DNA of 18,366 nucleotides from a virus (Duplodnaviria; Heunggongvirae; Uroviricota; Caudoviricetes): IMG/VR virus record IMGVR_UViG_2695420646_000009; one strand, 5' to 3'. Shown piece by piece: positions 15,366 to 18,366 of this stretch (position 1 is its first letter; each line of letters starts with the position of its first letter). The notes under the pieces were generated by a model. It saw only the letters and a program-made list of their open reading frames with translations, ran no database searches and was not told where the DNA came from. The position numbers and the translations under genes were made by a program.

Positions 15366-18332
15366 ATGCCGCGTCGCTTGATCCTCTCGGCCACGGAGCG
15401 GGACACCCTGCTTGCGCTGCCGGAAAGCCAGGATGACCTGATCCGCTACTACACCTTCAACGACTCCGACCTGTCGCTGATCCGCCAGCGACGCGGCGAC
15501 GCCAACCGCCTCGGCTTCGCCGTGCAGCTCTGCCTGCTGCGCTACCCCGGTTACGCGCTGGGAACCGACAGCGAGCTGCCCGAGCCGGTCATCCTGTGGG
15601 TGGCGAAGCAAGTCCAGGCCGAGCCGGCGAGCTGGGCAAAGTACGGCGAGCGCGACGTGACCCGTCGCGAGCATGCCCAGGAACTGCGCACCTACCTGCA
15701 ACTGGCCCCGTTCGGCCTGTCCGACTTCCGCGCCCTGGTGCGCGAGCTAACCGAGCTGGCCCAGCAGACCGACAAAGGCTTGCTGCTGGCCGGTCAGGCC
15801 CTGGAGAGCCTACGGCAGAAACGACGCATCCTGCCGGCGCTGAGCGTGATTGACCGGGCCTGCTCGGAAGCCATTGCGCGAGCCAATCGGCGGGTCTACC
15901 GCGCCCTGGTCGAACCACTCACGGACTCGCATCGGGCCAAGCTGGACGAGCTGTTGAAGCTCAAGGCCGGCAGCAGCATCACCTGGTTGACCTGGCTGCG
16001 CCAGGCACCGCTGAAACCCAACTCTCGGCACATGCTGGAACACATCGAGCGGCTGAAGACATTTCAGTTGGTGGACTTGCCCGAAGGCCTGGGCCGGCAC
16101 ATCCACCAGAACCGCCTGCTCAAGCTGGCCCGCGAGGGTGGGCAGATGACGCCCAAAGACCTCGGTAAGTTCGAGCCGCAGCGCCGCTACGCGACCCTGG
16201 CCGCCGTGGTGCTGGAGAGCACCGCGACCGTGATCGATGAGCTGGTCGATCTGCATGACCGCATCCTGGTCAAGCTGTTCAGCGGCGCGAAGCACAAGCA
16301 TCAGCAGCAGTTCCAGAAGCAGGGCAAGGCGATCAACGACAAGGTGCGCCTGTACTCCAGGATCGGCCAGGCGCTGCTGGAAGCGAAGGAAAGCGGCAGC
16401 GACCCCTATGCCGCCATCGAGGCGGTGATTCCCTGGGACGAGTTCACCGAGAGCGTCAGCGAGGCCGAGCTGCTGGCCCGGCCGGAAGGCTTCGACCACC
16501 TGCACCTGGTCGGCGAGAACTTCGCCACCCTGCGCCGTTACACGCCGGCCTTGCTGGAGGTGCTGGAACTGCGCGCCGCGCCGGCCGCGCAAGGCGTGCT
16601 GGCAGCCGTGCAGACCCTGCGTGAGATGAACGCCGACAACCTGCGCAAGGTGCCGGCCGATGCACCCACGGCCTTCATCAAGCCGCGCTGGAAGCCGCTG
16701 GTGATCACCCCGGAAGGCCTCGACCGGAAATTCTACGAAATCTGCGCCCTGTCCGAGCTGAAGAACGCCCTGCGCTCCGGCGACATCTGGGTCAAGGGCT
16801 CGCGGCAGTTCCGCGACTTCGACGACTACCTGCTGCCGGCCGAGAAGTTCGCCGCACTCAAGCGCGAGCAGGCCCTGCCCCTGGCGATCAACCCGAACAG
16901 CGACCAGTACCTGGAAGAGCGTTTGCAGCTGCTGGACGAGCAGTTGGCCACCGTCACCCGCCTGGCCAAGGACAACGAGCTGCCCGATGCCATCCTCACC
17001 GAGTCAGGGCTGAAAATCACCCCGCTGGATGCGGCGGTGCCGGATCGGGCGCAGGCGCTGATCGACCAAACCAGCCAGTTACTGCCGCGCATCAAGATCA
17101 CCGAACTGCTGATGGACGTGGACGACTGGACGGGCTTCAGCCGCCACTTCACCCACTTGAAGGACGGGGCCGAGGCCAAAGACAGGACGTTGCTGCTGTC
17201 CGCAATCCTCGGTGATGCGATCAACCTCGGGCTGACCAAGATGGCCGAGTCGAGCCCCGGCCTGACCTACGCCAAGCTGTCCTGGCTGCAAGCCTGGCAC
17301 ATCCGCGACGAAACCTATTCGGCGGCCTTGGCCGAGCTGGTCAACCACCAGTATCGCCACGCCTTTGCCGCCCACTGGGGCGACGGCACGACCTCATCCT
17401 CCGATGGCCAGCGCTTCCGCGCGGGTGGCCGGGGCGAGAGCACCGGGCACGTCAACCCGAAGTACGGTAGCGAGCCGGGACGGCTGTTCTATACCCATAT
17501 CTCCGACCAGTACGCGCCGTTCAGCACCCGCGTGGTGAATGTCGGCGTCCGCGATTCCACCTATGTGCTCGACGGCCTGCTGTACCACGAGTCCGACCTG
17601 CGGATCGAGGAGCACTACACCGACACGGCCGGCTTCACCGATCACGTCTTTGCCCTGATGCACCTGCTAGGCTTCCGCTTCGCGCCGCGCATCCGCGACC
17701 TCGGCGAAACCAAGCTGTACGTGCCGCAGGGCGTGCAAGCCTACCCGACGTTGCGCCCGCTGATCGGCGGCACCCTGAACATCAAGCACGTGCGTGCCCA
17801 CTGGGACGACATCCTGCGCCTGGCCAGCTCGATCAAGCAGGGCACCGTCACCGCCTCGCTGATGCTGCGCAAGCTCGGCAGCTACCCGCGCCAGAACGGA
17901 CTGGCCGTGGCCCTGCGCGAGCTGGGCCGGATCGAGCGCACGCTGTTCATCCTGGACTGGCTGCAAAGTGTTGAACTGCGCCGCCGCGTGCATGCCGGCC
18001 TGAACAAAGGTGAGGCGCGCAACTCGCTGGCCAGGGCGGTGTTCTTCAACCGCCTTGGGGAAATCAGGGATCGGAGCTTCGAGCAGCAGCGCTACCGGGC
18101 CAGCGGCCTCAACCTGGTGACGGCGGCTATCGTGCTGTGGAACACGGTGTACCTGGAACGCGCCACCCAGGGGTTGGTCGAGGCCGGCAAGCCGGTGGAC
18201 GGCGAGCTGCTGCAATTCCTGTCGCCGCTGGGCTGGGAGCACATCAACCTAACCGGCGATTACGTCTGGCGGCAGAGCCGCAGACTGGAAGACGGGAAGT
18301 TTCGGCCCTTACGGATGCCCGGAAAACCTTAG
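15366..18332 (+). CDS. tnpA: Tn3-family DDE transposase TnpA (Tn21/Tn1721 type), 988 aa
   Basis: 988 aa ORF starting [62 protein letters not shown]..., the length and N-terminus typical of Tn21-subgroup TnpA. Sits downstream of tnpR in the same orientation and terminates inside the terminal IR. Confidence 0.95.
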   Translation: MPRRLILSATERDTLLALPESQDDLIRYYTFNDSDLSLIRQRRGDANRLGFAVQLCLLRYPGYALGTDSELPEPVILWVAKQVQAEPASWAKYGERDVTRREHAQELRTYLQLAPFGLSDFRALVRELTELAQQTDKGLLLAGQALESLRQKRRILPALSVIDRACSEAIARANRRVYRALVEPLTDSHRAKLDELLKLKAGSSITWLTWLRQAPLKPNSRHMLEHIERLKTFQLVDLPEGLGRHIHQNRLLKLAREGGQMTPKDLGKFEPQRRYATLAAVVLESTATVIDELVDLHDRILVKLFSGAKHKHQQQFQKQGKAINDKVRLYSRIGQALLEAKESGSDPYAAIEAVIPWDEFTESVSEAELLARPEGFDHLHLVGENFATLRRYTPALLEVLELRAAPAAQGVLAAVQTLREMNADNLRKVPADAPTAFIKPRWKPLVITPEGLDRKFYEICALSELKNALRSGDIWVKGSRQFRDFDDYLLPAEKFAALKREQALPLAINPNSDQYLEERLQLLDEQLATVTRLAKDNELPDAILTESGLKITPLDAAVPDRAQALIDQTSQLLPRIKITELLMDVDDWTGFSRHFTHLKDGAEAKDRTLLLSAILGDAINLGLTKMAESSPGLTYAKLSWLQAWHIRDETYSAALAELVNHQYRHAFAAHWGDGTTSSSDGQRFRAGGRGESTGHVNPKYGSEPGRLFYTHISDQYAPFSTRVVNVGVRDSTYVLDGLLYHESDLRIEEHYTDTAGFTDHVFALMHLLGFRFAPRIRDLGETKLYVPQGVQAYPTLRPLIGGTLNIKHVRAHWDDILRLASSIKQGTVTASLMLRKLGSYPRQNGLAVALRELGRIERTLFILDWLQSVELRRRVHAGLNKGEARNSLARAVFFNRLGEIRDRSFEQQRYRASGLNLVTAAIVLWNTVYLERATQGLVEAGKPVDGELLQFLSPLGWEHINLTGDYVWRQSRRLEDGKFRPLRMPGKP

Positions 18333-18365
18333 CGTACGATTTTTTCCGAATTCTGCGGGCTCCCC
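18328..18365. repeat. Transposon terminal inverted repeat (tnpA-proximal end), 38 bp
   Basis: Reverse complement is GGGGAGCCCGCAGAATTCGGAAAAAATCGTACGCTAAG, 35/38 identical to the IR at 12726..12763 (differences at IR positions 5-7). The tnpA stop codon (18330..18332) lies inside it. Confidence 0.9.
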
Positions 18366-18366
18366 A

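Larger units (their letters stand above)
12726..18365. mobile_element. Tn3-family transposon, Tn21 subgroup, matching the Tn1722 layout (minimal transposon of Tn1721): IR - mcp - res - tnpR - tnpA - IR; 5640 bp
   Basis: Bounded by 38 bp terminal inverted repeats (12726..12763 and 18328..18365, 35/38 identical). Contains a serine resolvase and a 988 aa DDE transposase of Tn21/Tn1721 type whose stop lies inside the right IR, plus a methyl-accepting chemotaxis protein gene as in Tn1721 orfI. Size agrees with the roughly 5.6 kb Tn1722. The tnpR-tnpA part is markedly more GC-rich than the flanking phage DNA. Confidence 0.9.

Noticed and set aside
14646-15701. 351 aa minus-strand ORF across res/tnpR/tnpA, and other minus-strand ORFs inside tnpA (15810..16592, 16826..17239, 17079..17375, 17394..17663, 17667..18242)
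   Set aside because: Antisense to the well-supported tnpR and tnpA reading frames in a GC-rich segment where long spurious ORFs are expected. Their translations are Gly/Ala/Arg/Pro-rich with low complexity.

Overview
The window is the right arm of a lambda-like prophage (1..12725) interrupted by a 5.6 kb Tn3-family transposon (12726..18365). The minus strand carries an almost complete lambda-type late morphogenesis operon in canonical order: Rz/Rz1, cos, Nu1, A, W, B, C/Nu3, D, E, FI, FII, Z, U, V, G/G-T, and the start of H, which runs off the window. cosN (10894..10905) is followed by three copies of an 11-mer that look like cosB terminase-binding sites. Between cos and Rz lies a small AT-rich moron region with a DUF3950/YlcI-like ORF and a PerC-like regulator ORF. 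The transposon has the Tn1722/Tn1721 layout: imperfect 38 bp inverted repeats, a PAS-containing methyl-accepting chemotaxis protein gene, res, tnpR and tnpA. It sits where the endolysin gene should be; only about 21 codons of a likely endolysin 3' end remain next to Rz. No rRNA, tRNA or CRISPR array was seen. I do not find convincing evidence for a new multi-gene system here. The points most worth follow-up are the transposon disruption of the lysis cassette, the transposon-borne chemoreceptor, the PerC-like moron with its AT-rich leader, the non-lambda cosB repeats, and a tandem triplication in the scaffold region of gene C. All homology statements come from reading the translations against remembered lambda and Tn21-subgroup proteins, not from a database search.
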